NCBI GenBank assembly: GCA_963843685.1 | Contig: CAWJLO010000010.1 | Span: 390,933 to 454,932 of the forward strand | DNA: 64,000 nt | Direction: 5' to 3' | From: an uncultured Chloroflexia bacterium | GTDB taxonomy: Bacteria > Chloroflexota > Dehalococcoidia > DSTF01 > JACRBR01 | Program-made: the position numbers and the translations under genes | Notes under the pieces: generated by a model | Seen by the model: only the letters and a program-made list of their open reading frames with translations | The model's database searches: none | What the model was told of the DNA's origin: nothing | Shown: in pieces, positions 1 through 8,354 of the stretch | Layout of the letters: each line of letters opens with the position of its first letter | How positions within the stretch are numbered: position 1 is the stretch's first letter

Positions 1-917
1 TCACCGCCATCGTCTCCATCGCCGATGACGGAGGTTCGTCCGGCAGGCTCAAGCGCGAGCTGGGGGTGCTACCGCCGGGGGACATCCGCAAGAACATCGC
101 CGCGCTCGCCGATGCCGAACCTTTGATGTCGCAGCTGTTCGAGTATCGCTTCAACGAAGGCGAGGGGCTGGAGGGTCACAGCTTCGGCAACCTGTTCATC
201 GTGGCGATGACGGAGGTCGCCGGCAACTTCGAGGAGGCCGTGCGCGAAACAAGCCGCGTGCTGGCGGTGCGCGGGCAGATCCTGCCAGCGACGCTCTCGC
301 ACCTGACGATCTGCGCGAAGACGGACGACGGGCGCGTCGTGCGGGGCGAATCGGCGATTACCGAGACGGGGCACGTGAAGGAGATCTACCTCGACCCGGC
401 AAACATCCTGGCGAACCCGGACGCGGTGCGGGCCATCCTGCAGGCGGACCTCATTGTCTGCGGACCGGGGAGCCTCCTGACGAGCGTATTGCCGAACCTG
501 CTCGTGGACAAGATCCGCCGGGCGATCGACGCGTCGCCGGCGCTCAAGGTCTACGTCTGCAACGTGGCGACCCAGCACGGAGAGACGGACTCGTTCAGCG
601 TGAGCGACCACTACAAGCTGCTGGAGCAGCACCTCGGGAGCAGCCCGTTCGACTTCGTCCTGGCGAACAGCGATACGGACGCAGTGCTGCCGGAAGAATG
701 GCACTCCGAACCGGTGCGGGTAGACAGCCTCGCCATCGACGGGGCGCGCGTGATGAAGGCAGACGTGGTGGCGGTCGAGAACCGGTACCGGCACGACTCG
801 AAGAAGTTGGCGGACGCCCTGATTCGCCTGTATTACGAGCGGCACCAGATCGCCGAGATGGAGCCGCAGCCTACGCACGCACCAGAACGCGAACCCGAGA
901 AGGCCGGCGTCGGCTGA
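1..917 (+). CDS. Gluconeogenesis factor YvcK/UPF0052 (CofD-like) family protein, 5'-partial (begins upstream of window)
   Basis: Frame continues open to position 1. Translation TAIVSIADDGGSSGRLKRELGVLPPGDIRKN carries the family motif (ADDGGSSGRL...PPGD). The ORF track 66..917 is the same frame. Confidence 0.8.
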   Translation, partial: TAIVSIADDGGSSGRLKRELGVLPPGDIRKNIAALADAEPLMSQLFEYRFNEGEGLEGHSFGNLFIVAMTEVAGNFEEAVRETSRVLAVRGQILPATLSHLTICAKTDDGRVVRGESAITETGHVKEIYLDPANILANPDAVRAILQADLIVCGPGSLLTSVLPNLLVDKIRRAIDASPALKVYVCNVATQHGETDSFSVSDHYKLLEQHLGSSPFDFVLANSDTDAVLPEEWHSEPVRVDSLAIDGARVMKADVVAVENRYRHDSKKLADALIRLYYERHQIAEMEPQPTHAPEREPEKAGVG

Positions 918-961
918 CCACCTGCCGCCGGGCTACGTGCGGCGCCACGCCCCCTGAGCCC

Positions 962-1645
962 CTAGCTAACCGCCGTGTGCTCTCTTGAAGCGAGCGCGTG
1001 GAGCCCCTGCACCGCGACGTCGATGAGCTGCTGGGGCAGCTTCCATTCGCCGGGCGACCACCGGGGAAAACTCCGCAGCACGTCGAAATCTACGGTGTAC
1101 GAGTTGCGACGACCCTGCCTGAGTCGCACGATGATTCCGTCGTCCTCGAGCTGATTCAAGATGGCGACGACCGCACGCTCGGTCACCCCGACGGACGTGG
1201 CGATCTCGCGCACGGTCGCCTGGCTGTCCATGACGATAGCCAGCAGCAGGAGCGCGTGGTTCGTGAAGAACCCCCACGTGCCGATTCGGGGGTCGAGCGC
1301 GCCCGAGTCGGGAGCGGGCGTCGGGGCGTTCGCCGTACCGTTCTGGTCGGAGATCGTGAGGAGCGTCCGGATCAAACCATCGACGAACGAACGCGGAGTG
1401 AGCGAGACGGTGCCCTCGCGGCGATACACGGCGAGGCGATCGAAGTACACAGAGTAGGTGGTGCGGCGGCCTTCCTTCTGACGATGGATGATCTGCTCGT
1501 CGTGAAGCTGGCGCAGGATGGCGAGCGTGGCCCGCTCGGTGACGCCGACGCCCGCTGATATCTCGCGCACCGTCGCGCCGTTGTGGCGCACGACGTAGAT
1601 CATCACCAAGGCGTGGTTGGTCAGGAATCCCCAGGACTGCTTCAT
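962..1645 (-). CDS. Transcriptional regulator with two tandem-duplicated winged-HTH modules
   Basis: 227 aa. Internal duplication: FLTNHALVMIYVVRHNGATVREISAGVGVTERATLAILRQL... and FFTNHALLLLAIVMDSQATVREIATSVGVTERAVVAILNQL.... Each module is a wHTH-like segment. ATG at 1645. Confidence 0.6.
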   Translation of the reverse strand: MKQSWGFLTNHALVMIYVVRHNGATVREISAGVGVTERATLAILRQLHDEQIIHRQKEGRRTTYSVYFDRLAVYRREGTVSLTPRSFVDGLIRTLLTISDQNGTANAPTPAPDSGALDPRIGTWGFFTNHALLLLAIVMDSQATVREIATSVGVTERAVVAILNQLEDDGIIVRLRQGRRNSYTVDFDVLRSFPRWSPGEWKLPQQLIDVAVQGLHALASREHTAVS

Positions 1646-1718
1646 CGAACGCTCGACGCCCTTCCGACGCGCTTGCCAGCTTCCGCGGAAAAAACTTCGA
1701 AATTGTCCCGCGAAAGTA

Positions 1719-1746
1719 CTTGACAGCCGCGTTTCACGAACTAGAA
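1719..1746 (+). promoter_or_regulatory. Near-consensus sigma70-type promoter (TTGACA-16nt-TAGAAT) in an AT-rich island
   Basis: TTGACA at 1719-1724 and TAGAAT at 1741-1746, spacing 16 nt. Local GC is far below the window average. Confidence 0.35.
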
Positions 1747-2135
1747 TACATGCATATTCAATCAGGCTACTTGAATCACGTTAAGGAGTTCATGTGCTTG
1801 ATTTCACGAAGTCACTACCGTGTTATGGCAATCAGTTGTCGCACATCATGCATTACTCTTCACCGGTTGGCAAGGGGTTGGCGTGCCATAACGCTGCGAA
1901 TTTCGAAATTGGATGCGCCGGTCGGCAGGATTGATGAGGAAACTCGCAATCGGCGAGTGCCGAGGCGGCATACCGAAAGGAGAGGGTCCCGGGAAGTGAG
2001 TCCATTCCTGCAATGCGGATGCTTTGGTGGCAACAAGGCGGGGGATCCGAAAAAACAGGGGTGGACTCCGGGGGCGGTTTGGCCGACCGCCCTTCCCTGC
2101 AGAAGAAGGTAGGGTCGACCAAAGAGCATCGTGGG

Positions 2136-2170
2136 GGAGCTGGTCAGGAGGGCCAGCTCTTCACGTTTCT
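2136..2170 (+). terminator. Hairpin (GAGCTGG...CCAGCTC) followed by a U-rich tract; possible intrinsic terminator for a plus-strand transcript
   Basis: 7-9 bp GC-rich stem at 2136-2158, then TTCACGTTTCTC. Lies 20 nt beyond the folD stop on the opposite strand. Confidence 0.3.
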
Positions 2171-2179
2171 CAGGGGCAC

Positions 2180-3061
2180 CTACTTCGGGCCGCCGCTTGC
2201 CGCCAGCACCGTGTTGTGGAGCAGCATCGCGCGCGTTAGCGGGCCCACGCCGCCCGGCACGGGCGTAATCGCCGCCGCCTTTTCGCGGACCGCGTCGTAG
2301 TCCACGTCACCGACGAGGCGGCCGCCGCTCTTCTTCGTGGAGTCGGGGATGCGATTGACGCCGACGTCGATGACGACCGCGCCCTCGCGCACCATGTCGG
2401 CCGTAACGGCGCGGGGGCGGCCCATCGCGACGATGAGTATGTCGGCCTGGCGCGTGTGTTTTCCGATGTCGGGCGTGCCGGTGTGACAGACGGTGACGGT
2501 CGCGTTGGCGCCCGGCGCCTTCTGCATGAGCAGTCCGGCGAGAGGCTTGCCGACGAGGTTCGAGCGTCCGCAGATCACGACGTTCTTACCGGCGGGCTCG
2601 TTGCCCGACCGCATGAGCATCTGTTTGACGCCGTGCGGCGTGCACGGATAGAAGGCGGGCTCGCCCCGGAACAGCCGGCCCGTGTTGATGGGATGGAGGC
2701 CGTCGACATCTTTTTCGACGGCAACAGCGCCCGTCGCAAGCGACTCTTCAATGTGCGGGGGCAGCGGCAACTGGACGAGGATGCCGTGCCACGACGGGTC
2801 CGCGTTGAGATCGCGGATGAGCCGCAGCAGTTCGTCCTGGGAGACATCGGCCGGCAGGTGGAGCGTCTCGGACCGCATCCCGACCGCGGCTGCGTCGCGC
2901 GTCTTCCCTCTCACATAGGACACGGACGACGGGTTATCGCCGACGAGCACGACGACGAGGCCCGGTTCGACACCGGACGCTTTGAGGCGCACGACCTCGG
3001 TGCTCACCTCGCCGCGAATCTGCTCCGCGATCAGATTGCCATCGATGATGGTTGCCGACAT
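2180..3061 (-). CDS. folD: Bifunctional methylenetetrahydrofolate dehydrogenase / methenyl-THF cyclohydrolase FolD
   Basis: 293 aa from ATG at 3061 (MSATIIDGNLIAEQIRGEV...). Full-length FolD-like sequence with conserved motifs (YVRGKT, DVDGLHPIN, PGGVGP). The upstream part of the 455-aa track ORF is out-of-gene. Confidence 0.9.
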   Translation of the reverse strand: MSATIIDGNLIAEQIRGEVSTEVVRLKASGVEPGLVVVLVGDNPSSVSYVRGKTRDAAAVGMRSETLHLPADVSQDELLRLIRDLNADPSWHGILVQLPLPPHIEESLATGAVAVEKDVDGLHPINTGRLFRGEPAFYPCTPHGVKQMLMRSGNEPAGKNVVICGRSNLVGKPLAGLLMQKAPGANATVTVCHTGTPDIGKHTRQADILIVAMGRPRAVTADMVREGAVVIDVGVNRIPDSTKKSGGRLVGDVDYDAVREKAAAITPVPGGVGPLTRAMLLHNTVLAASGGPK

Positions 3062-3164
3062 GCGCGCTCCGTCCAGTCTAGATGCCCGGGGACGGCCCAG
3101 TGTAGCGGCGCGCCGTCGATACCGCGCGGGTACATCGGCGCGTACAATCGCGGTATGGAGATGG

Positions 3165-3592
3165 CCGTCGGCATCGACATCATCGAGATCAAGCGGGTGC
3201 GGAAGGTGCTGGAGCGACACCCGGAGCGCTTCCTGCGCCGCGTGTACACGCCGGAGGAGGTGGCGTTCTGCCGGGGAAGGGTCTCCGAGCTGGCGGCGCG
3301 CTTCAGCGCGAAGGAAGCGGTGATGAAGGCGCTTGGCACGGGGGCGCGCGGGCTGGCGTGGCGCGAGATCGAGATCCTGCCGAACAGGCGCGGGAAACCG
3401 CTCGTCTACCTCCATGGCCAGGCGAAGCTGCGCGCCGAGACGATCGGGCTGCGCGGGGTGGACGTGAGCCTGACGCACGACGCCGACCTGGCGATCGCGG
3501 CGGTCGTTGGGATGGCCGAAAGCGCGCCGATCGACCGGGAGACACACCGAGCGCGGCTGGTCGAGTGGTTGAAGGAGCAGGGGCGGCTGTGA
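3165..3592 (+). CDS. acpS: Holo-[acyl-carrier-protein] synthase AcpS
   Basis: MEMAVGIDIIEIKRVRKVLERHPERFLRRVYTPEEVAFC... is typical AcpS (4'-phosphopantetheinyl transferase). ATG at 3165. Its stop overlaps the nnr GTG (GTGA). Confidence 0.85.
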
Positions 3593-5253
3593 AGCTGGTG
3601 ACGGCGGCTCAGATGCACGACCTGGAGCAGGATGCGGTCGCCGCCGGGACGTCGCTCGACGAGCTGATGGAGCAGGCGGGGCTGGCGGTCGCGCAGGAGG
3701 CGTGGCTCAGCCTGGGCGTCGTGGCCGGACGGCGGATGCTCGTGCTATGCGGGCCGGGCAACAACGGCGGCGACGGCCTGGTAGCGGCGCGGCATCTCGC
3801 CGCGTGGGAGGGCGACGTCGTCGTCTACCTGACAGCGCCGCGAGACCCAGCGGACGCGAACATGGCCAAGGTGCGCGAGCTTGGCGTACCCGTATTCGCG
3901 GCGACGGAAGATACGGACGGCGCGGCGCTGGTGCGGGCACTGGACGGTGCCGAGCTCGTCATCGATGCGCTGCTCGGCACCGGGCGGAGCCGTCCGATCG
4001 AGGGCGTACTGGCGCAGATCCTGCAGCGGCTGCACGAAGCTGAACGACGAACTCGTCCACCGAAGATCGTGGCGGTCGACCTGCCGACGGGCGTCGACGC
4101 TGACTCCGGGCAGGCGGACCCGCTCGCTGTGCGGGCCGACATGACCGTCACGTTCGGGCTGGCGAAGGTGGGGTTGTACACACTTCCCGGATCGGGGTAC
4201 GCGGGCCGAGTGCAAGTTGTGGACATCGGCCTTCCAAAGGACTCTGAGCAGCGCGTGCCACTCGATCTGCTTGACACGTCATGGGTGCGCGCGCGGCTGC
4301 CGGAGCGACCGAAGTCCGGCAACAAGGGCACGTTCGGCAAGGTGCTGGTCGTGGCGGGATCGCGATCGTATGTCGGGGCGGCCCGGCTGGCGGCGGAGGC
4401 GTGTTACCGCGCAGGGGCCGGGCTGGTGACGGTCGCCTGCCCGGCGAGCGTGCAGGCGATGCTGGCGCCGGCGATTGCGGAAGCGACCTGGCTCCCGCTG
4501 GACGACGATGACGGTGCACTCGGCGCGGGCGCAGGGCGGGCGGTTCTCGAGGCGCTCCCCGGTTACGACGTGCTGCTCATCGGACCGGGACTGGGCCAAT
4601 CTCGGGGCGTGCGAGATGCGGTTGTGGGCATCGTGTCGTCGCTGCCGTCGACGCTGCGCGGCTGTGTGATCGATGCCGATGCGCTCAACGTGCTGGCCGA
4701 GGAATCGGGATGGCAAGGGCGCGTCGCTGTCGAGACCGTGCTCACGCCGCATCCGGGCGAGATGGCGCGGCTCTGCGCCACCACCGTCGCGGAGGTGCAG
4801 GACCACCGGCTGAGTATCGCGACCGACGGCGCAGCGACGTGGGGGCAGATAGTCGTGCTGAAGGGGGCGCACACGGTCGTCGCATCTCCCGACGGGAGGA
4901 GCGCGATCAGTCCGTTCGCGAATCCGCTGCTCGCGACGGCGGGGACGGGCGACGTCCTGGCGGGCACGATTGCGGGTCTGCTGGCGCAGGGCGCCCACGG
5001 GTTCGAGAGCGCGGGCTGCGGCGTGTACGTGCACGGAATGGCGGCGGAGGAACTAGGCGAGGAGCTGGGCGACCGCGGCCTCCTGGCCAGCGACCTGCTG
5101 CCGGCGCTCCCGCGGGCGATCCGCACGGTGCTGCACGGGCGGCCGATGCGTGCGCCCGGGGGCTTGCCGGGATTGGCGGAACTGGGCGGATTCCGAGGTG
5201 GCGGCCTGGGCGCGCTGGCGGAGCTCGGGGCGTTCGAGCAAAGCGACTCGTAA
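3589..5253 (+). CDS. nnr: Bifunctional NAD(P)H-hydrate repair enzyme Nnr (YjeF_N epimerase + ADP-dependent dehydratase)
   Basis: VKLVTAAQMHDLEQDAV...LCGPGNNGGDGLVAARHL (YjeF N-terminal domain), then GNKGTFGKVLVVAGSRSYVGAARLAAEA...GTGDVLAGTIAGL (carbohydrate-kinase-like domain). GTG at 3589, coupled to acpS. Confidence 0.85.
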   Translation: MKLVTAAQMHDLEQDAVAAGTSLDELMEQAGLAVAQEAWLSLGVVAGRRMLVLCGPGNNGGDGLVAARHLAAWEGDVVVYLTAPRDPADANMAKVRELGVPVFAATEDTDGAALVRALDGAELVIDALLGTGRSRPIEGVLAQILQRLHEAERRTRPPKIVAVDLPTGVDADSGQADPLAVRADMTVTFGLAKVGLYTLPGSGYAGRVQVVDIGLPKDSEQRVPLDLLDTSWVRARLPERPKSGNKGTFGKVLVVAGSRSYVGAARLAAEACYRAGAGLVTVACPASVQAMLAPAIAEATWLPLDDDDGALGAGAGRAVLEALPGYDVLLIGPGLGQSRGVRDAVVGIVSSLPSTLRGCVIDADALNVLAEESGWQGRVAVETVLTPHPGEMARLCATTVAEVQDHRLSIATDGAATWGQIVVLKGAHTVVASPDGRSAISPFANPLLATAGTGDVLAGTIAGLLAQGAHGFESAGCGVYVHGMAAEELGEELGDRGLLASDLLPALPRAIRTVLHGRPMRAPGGLPGLAELGGFRGGGLGALAELGAFEQSDS

Positions 5254-5306
5254 AGCCGGAGGCGCTTTACTTCTTCCACCGCGGCGATCTACGCTCAAAC
5301 GCGAAG

Positions 5307-6497
5307 ATGGAACACTTGGTCTACCTCGACAACGCCGCGACGACACCACTCCACCCGTCCGTGCTCGACGCGATGCTCCCCTACCTGACGACGTCGTACG
5401 GGAACCCTTCGGCGACCTACGGGCTGGCGCGGGCAGCGAACGATGCGATCCAGTCGAGCCGGCGCACGGTCGCCGAGATCGTCGGATGCCGGCCGACGGA
5501 GATCGTGTTCACGGGCGGTGGCACCGAGTCGATCAATACGGCGATCAAGGGCGTAGCGTTCCAGCAGCGAAAGGCACGCGCCGGCAACCACATCGTTACG
5601 TCAACTATCGAGCACCACGCGGTGCTGCACGCCTGCCAGTACCTGGAGCGCTTCGGCTTCGATGTGACGTACGTGCCGGTGGACGGGCTCGGCGTGGTGG
5701 ACCCCGAAGACGTGGCGCGCGCAGTCACGGACCAGACGGTGCTTGTCAGCGTCATGGCGGCGAACAACGAGGTCGGGTCGCTGCAGCCGGTCGCAGCGAT
5801 CGCGGCGGCGCTGCGCGAGCGCGCCGGCCAGTTGAGAAAGCGCATCCCGTTCCACACCGACGCGATCCAGGCGCCCAACTCGCTCCGGCTCGATGAGCTG
5901 ACCCGTGAGGTCGACCTGCTGAGCCTGGCGGCGCACAAGTTCCGCGGGCCGAAGGGCATGGGCGTGCTGTACGTGCGCAGAGGGGTGCCGTTCCTCGCGC
6001 AGCAGAACGGCGGCGGGCAGGAGCGGCAGCGCCGAGCGGGCACGGAGGACGTAGCGGGCATCGTCGGCACAGCGGCGGCGCTGCGGCTCACGCAGGGATC
6101 GCTGGAGGCTGACCGTGGACGGACGCACGAGCTGGCGACGCGCCTGCGTGACGGGATCCTGGCGCGGGTGCCGCGGAGCGAGCTGAACGGGCACGCCGAT
6201 GCGCGTCTGGCGAACAACGTTAGCGTCGCCTTCGACGGGGCCGACGCACGCTCGCTGCTCGACGGGCTGGACGCGGCGGGGATCGCGTGCAGTGCCGGGG
6301 CGGCCTGCGGGGCGACCACGCTCGAGCCGTCGCACGTGCTGCTGGCGATGGGGCTGCCGCTGGAGCGGGCGATCGCGACGCTGCGGTTCACGCTGGGGCA
6401 CGAGACGACGGACGGTGACATCGCTTACGTGCTGGAGAAGCTGCCCGCGATCGTGGAGGCGTCCCGAGCGGCACACCTGGTCGCCTCGCCCGGCTGA
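5307..6497 (+). CDS. Cysteine desulfurase (NifS/IscS family, PLP-dependent)
   Basis: MEHLVYLDNAATTPLHPSVLDAMLPYLTTSYGNPSATY... with SLAAHKFRGPKGMGVLYVRRG (PLP-Lys motif) and a C-terminal catalytic Cys loop (CSAGAACGA). ATG at 5307 in the frame of the 595-aa track ORF. Confidence 0.85.
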   Translation: MEHLVYLDNAATTPLHPSVLDAMLPYLTTSYGNPSATYGLARAANDAIQSSRRTVAEIVGCRPTEIVFTGGGTESINTAIKGVAFQQRKARAGNHIVTSTIEHHAVLHACQYLERFGFDVTYVPVDGLGVVDPEDVARAVTDQTVLVSVMAANNEVGSLQPVAAIAAALRERAGQLRKRIPFHTDAIQAPNSLRLDELTREVDLLSLAAHKFRGPKGMGVLYVRRGVPFLAQQNGGGQERQRRAGTEDVAGIVGTAAALRLTQGSLEADRGRTHELATRLRDGILARVPRSELNGHADARLANNVSVAFDGADARSLLDGLDAAGIACSAGAACGATTLEPSHVLLAMGLPLERAIATLRFTLGHETTDGDIAYVLEKLPAIVEASRAAHLVASPG

Positions 6498-6533
6498 GAC
6501 AACGCCGGCCGCTTCGCCTGTTATGATCCTGCC

Positions 6534-7364
6534 GTGACGGACCGTCGATGGGACTTCGTGGTGCATGATGCACGCGCGCGACGGCGGCGCGGGAGCGTCA
6601 ACTGGCGGAACGGCGTCCCGAAGCGCCTCGCTGCGCCGGTCTCTCCTGACGAGTTCTCGATCGTCGTGCTCACGGCATTCGCCGAGGTCCGCGGCGTCCC
6701 GGCCGCGACGGCGGTCTGCGTCCCCGGCGCGACGAAGATCCGCACCATCGGCGAGCCGGCCGAACCGAAGCTCCCGGCGCGCATCGAAGATCTTACGCTG
6801 GCGCCGCATCGGATGGCGGAGTACGCGGCAGGCCGCATCGTGACGGCGCCACCGGACCTGATTGAGCCAGAGGACGTGTTTCCAGCGCACAGCGAGCACC
6901 CGAGGCTAGACCGGCTGGCGCTCGCGCTGCTACGAGCATCGGACGCCGAGACGGTGGCGCCGTACGTGGCGATCATACGGCGGGAGCTGGCGCTGCAGCC
7001 CGGCACGGACGCGCTGATCGCGCTGGAGGCGAGGCTGTCGCCGGCCGACGCCCGATCGCGACCGCCAGCGCGGGCCCCGGGTATCCGGCGGCTGTCGAAG
7101 GCACTGCGAGCGTTGCGCGACGACCGCGCGCCCGATAGTGCGCTGGACGTGATGGCGGAGGACCTCCATTTCCTGCGTCTGTTCGAGGACGGAGACAAGG
7201 TGCTCTCGCGGGAGGCGCTGGACCGCGTCCTCACGGATGTGCTCGCGGAGCCCGAAACGAAGCGGCCGCGCGCTCGGAAAACGGGCGTCGATCCAGGAGC
7301 GCCGCCGAACGTCGTCCCGTTTCGTCCGCACGCGGCCGATGCGGACGCGGGGGAGGACGCGTGA
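6534..7364 (+). CDS. Hypothetical protein
   Basis: 276-aa ORF, no recognisable family. Its stop overlaps the pth start (GTGA), suggesting co-translation. Confidence 0.4.
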   Translation: MTDRRWDFVVHDARARRRRGSVNWRNGVPKRLAAPVSPDEFSIVVLTAFAEVRGVPAATAVCVPGATKIRTIGEPAEPKLPARIEDLTLAPHRMAEYAAGRIVTAPPDLIEPEDVFPAHSEHPRLDRLALALLRASDAETVAPYVAIIRRELALQPGTDALIALEARLSPADARSRPPARAPGIRRLSKALRALRDDRAPDSALDVMAEDLHFLRLFEDGDKVLSREALDRVLTDVLAEPETKRPRARKTGVDPGAPPNVVPFRPHAADADAGEDA

Positions 7365-8047
7365 CGTCGTTCGTGCGACGCATCCTCGGCCGGGACGCGG
7401 AACGCCGCGATGAGGGCGAGTACCGGGTACGTCTCGTGTTCGCGCTGGGCAACCCGGGGAGCGAGTACGCGGGGAACCGACGCAACGTGGGGTTCTGGGT
7501 GGCGAACCGGCTGGCGCGCAAGCACGGGATGGAGTTCTCGACGAAGACCGGGACGTACGCGCTCGCCGAAGGGGAGATCGGCGGGCAGCGGGTCGCGGTC
7601 GCGAAGACGCGCACGTTCAACAACGATAGCGGCACGGCGGTGATGGCGCTGATCCGGAAGCTCAAGCTCGACGACGCGCGAGAGCTGCTGACCGTGTGCG
7701 ACCACCTGGACCTGCCGGCCGGGAAGGTGCGCATCCGGCGGAAGGGCGGCGGGGGCGGCCAGAAGGGCATGGCGGACATCATCGCAAAGACGCACACGGA
7801 CGAGTTTCCGCGCGTGCGCATCGGCATCGGACGGCCGATGGTCGGCGGCGAGCCTTCGTGGGAGCCCGAGCACGTGGCGGCGTGGGTGCTGAGCGACCCC
7901 GACCCGGAGGAGCGCGCCGTGCTGGACGCCGCCGTGGAGCGCGCGGTTGCGGCGATTGAGTGCGCGATCACGGAGGGCATCGATGCGGCGATGAACCGCA
8001 TGAATCGAGACGATGGAGCGAACCCGGAGACGGAGGCGGGGAAGTGA
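7361..8047 (+). CDS. pth: Peptidyl-tRNA hydrolase Pth
   Basis: VRLVFALGNPGSEYAGNRRNVGFWVANRLA...RIGIGRP is the canonical Pth motif. The N-terminus may begin a little downstream of 7361. Confidence 0.85.
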   Translation: MTSFVRRILGRDAERRDEGEYRVRLVFALGNPGSEYAGNRRNVGFWVANRLARKHGMEFSTKTGTYALAEGEIGGQRVAVAKTRTFNNDSGTAVMALIRKLKLDDARELLTVCDHLDLPAGKVRIRRKGGGGGQKGMADIIAKTHTDEFPRVRIGIGRPMVGGEPSWEPEHVAAWVLSDPDPEERAVLDAAVERAVAAIECAITEGIDAAMNRMNRDDGANPETEAGK

Positions 8048-8241
8048 GCCGTGCGCGCCAGGCTGTGGCGACGGTGGCCGTGCTCGCGGCGCTGGTCGCG
8101 ATCTCGGCGCTGTTCAAGCGCGAGACCTGCTCGTGCAGCGGTGGGTTGCCATATTCGGCGATCGCGTTGTGGTGCAGTATCTTGGCGGCGGGAGCCGTCG
8201 GTGCATACGTTGCCTCAGGCATCATGCTGAAGCGCGACTGA
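8044..8241 (+). CDS. Small two-TM membrane protein (65 aa) with CSCSGG motif, translationally coupled to pth
   Basis: GTG at 8044 overlaps the pth TGA (GTGA). GGAGG lies 7-8 nt upstream. VSRARQAVATVAVLAALVAISALFKRETCSCSGGLPYSAIALWCSILAAGAVGAYVASGIMLKRD has two hydrophobic helices. Confidence 0.35.
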   Translation: MSRARQAVATVAVLAALVAISALFKRETCSCSGGLPYSAIALWCSILAAGAVGAYVASGIMLKRD

Positions 8242-8354
8242 GAATCGGCGAATTCCCGGCTGCGCGGGCGATGCGCCCGCTGGTACAATCCATATGCCAA
8301 GGGGCTGATCGGGCGATCAGCCCCCGATCGTGTTGTCCGCGAGAGCGGAGGCGC

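Noticed and set aside
1720-2112. 130-aa ORF in the AT-rich island called as a protein-coding gene
   Set aside because: Its start lies upstream of the only plausible promoter. Codon usage (very low GC3) is unlike all neighbouring genes. Kept only as part of a candidate sRNA or small-gene region.
1750-2180. tmRNA, RNase P RNA, SRP RNA or 6S RNA in the 1.7-2.2 kb intergenic region
   Set aside because: No tag-peptide resume context, T-loop GGTTCGA, RNase P P4/CR motifs, or SRP GGAA tetraloop helix could be seen. I cannot run covariance models, so a different ncRNA class is still possible.
3358-3588. N-terminal 77-aa extension of nnr in the 631-aa track ORF
   Set aside because: It overlaps acpS in another frame and is A/R/G-rich. 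A GTG at 3589 with a GTGA overlap to acpS gives a normal-length Nnr.
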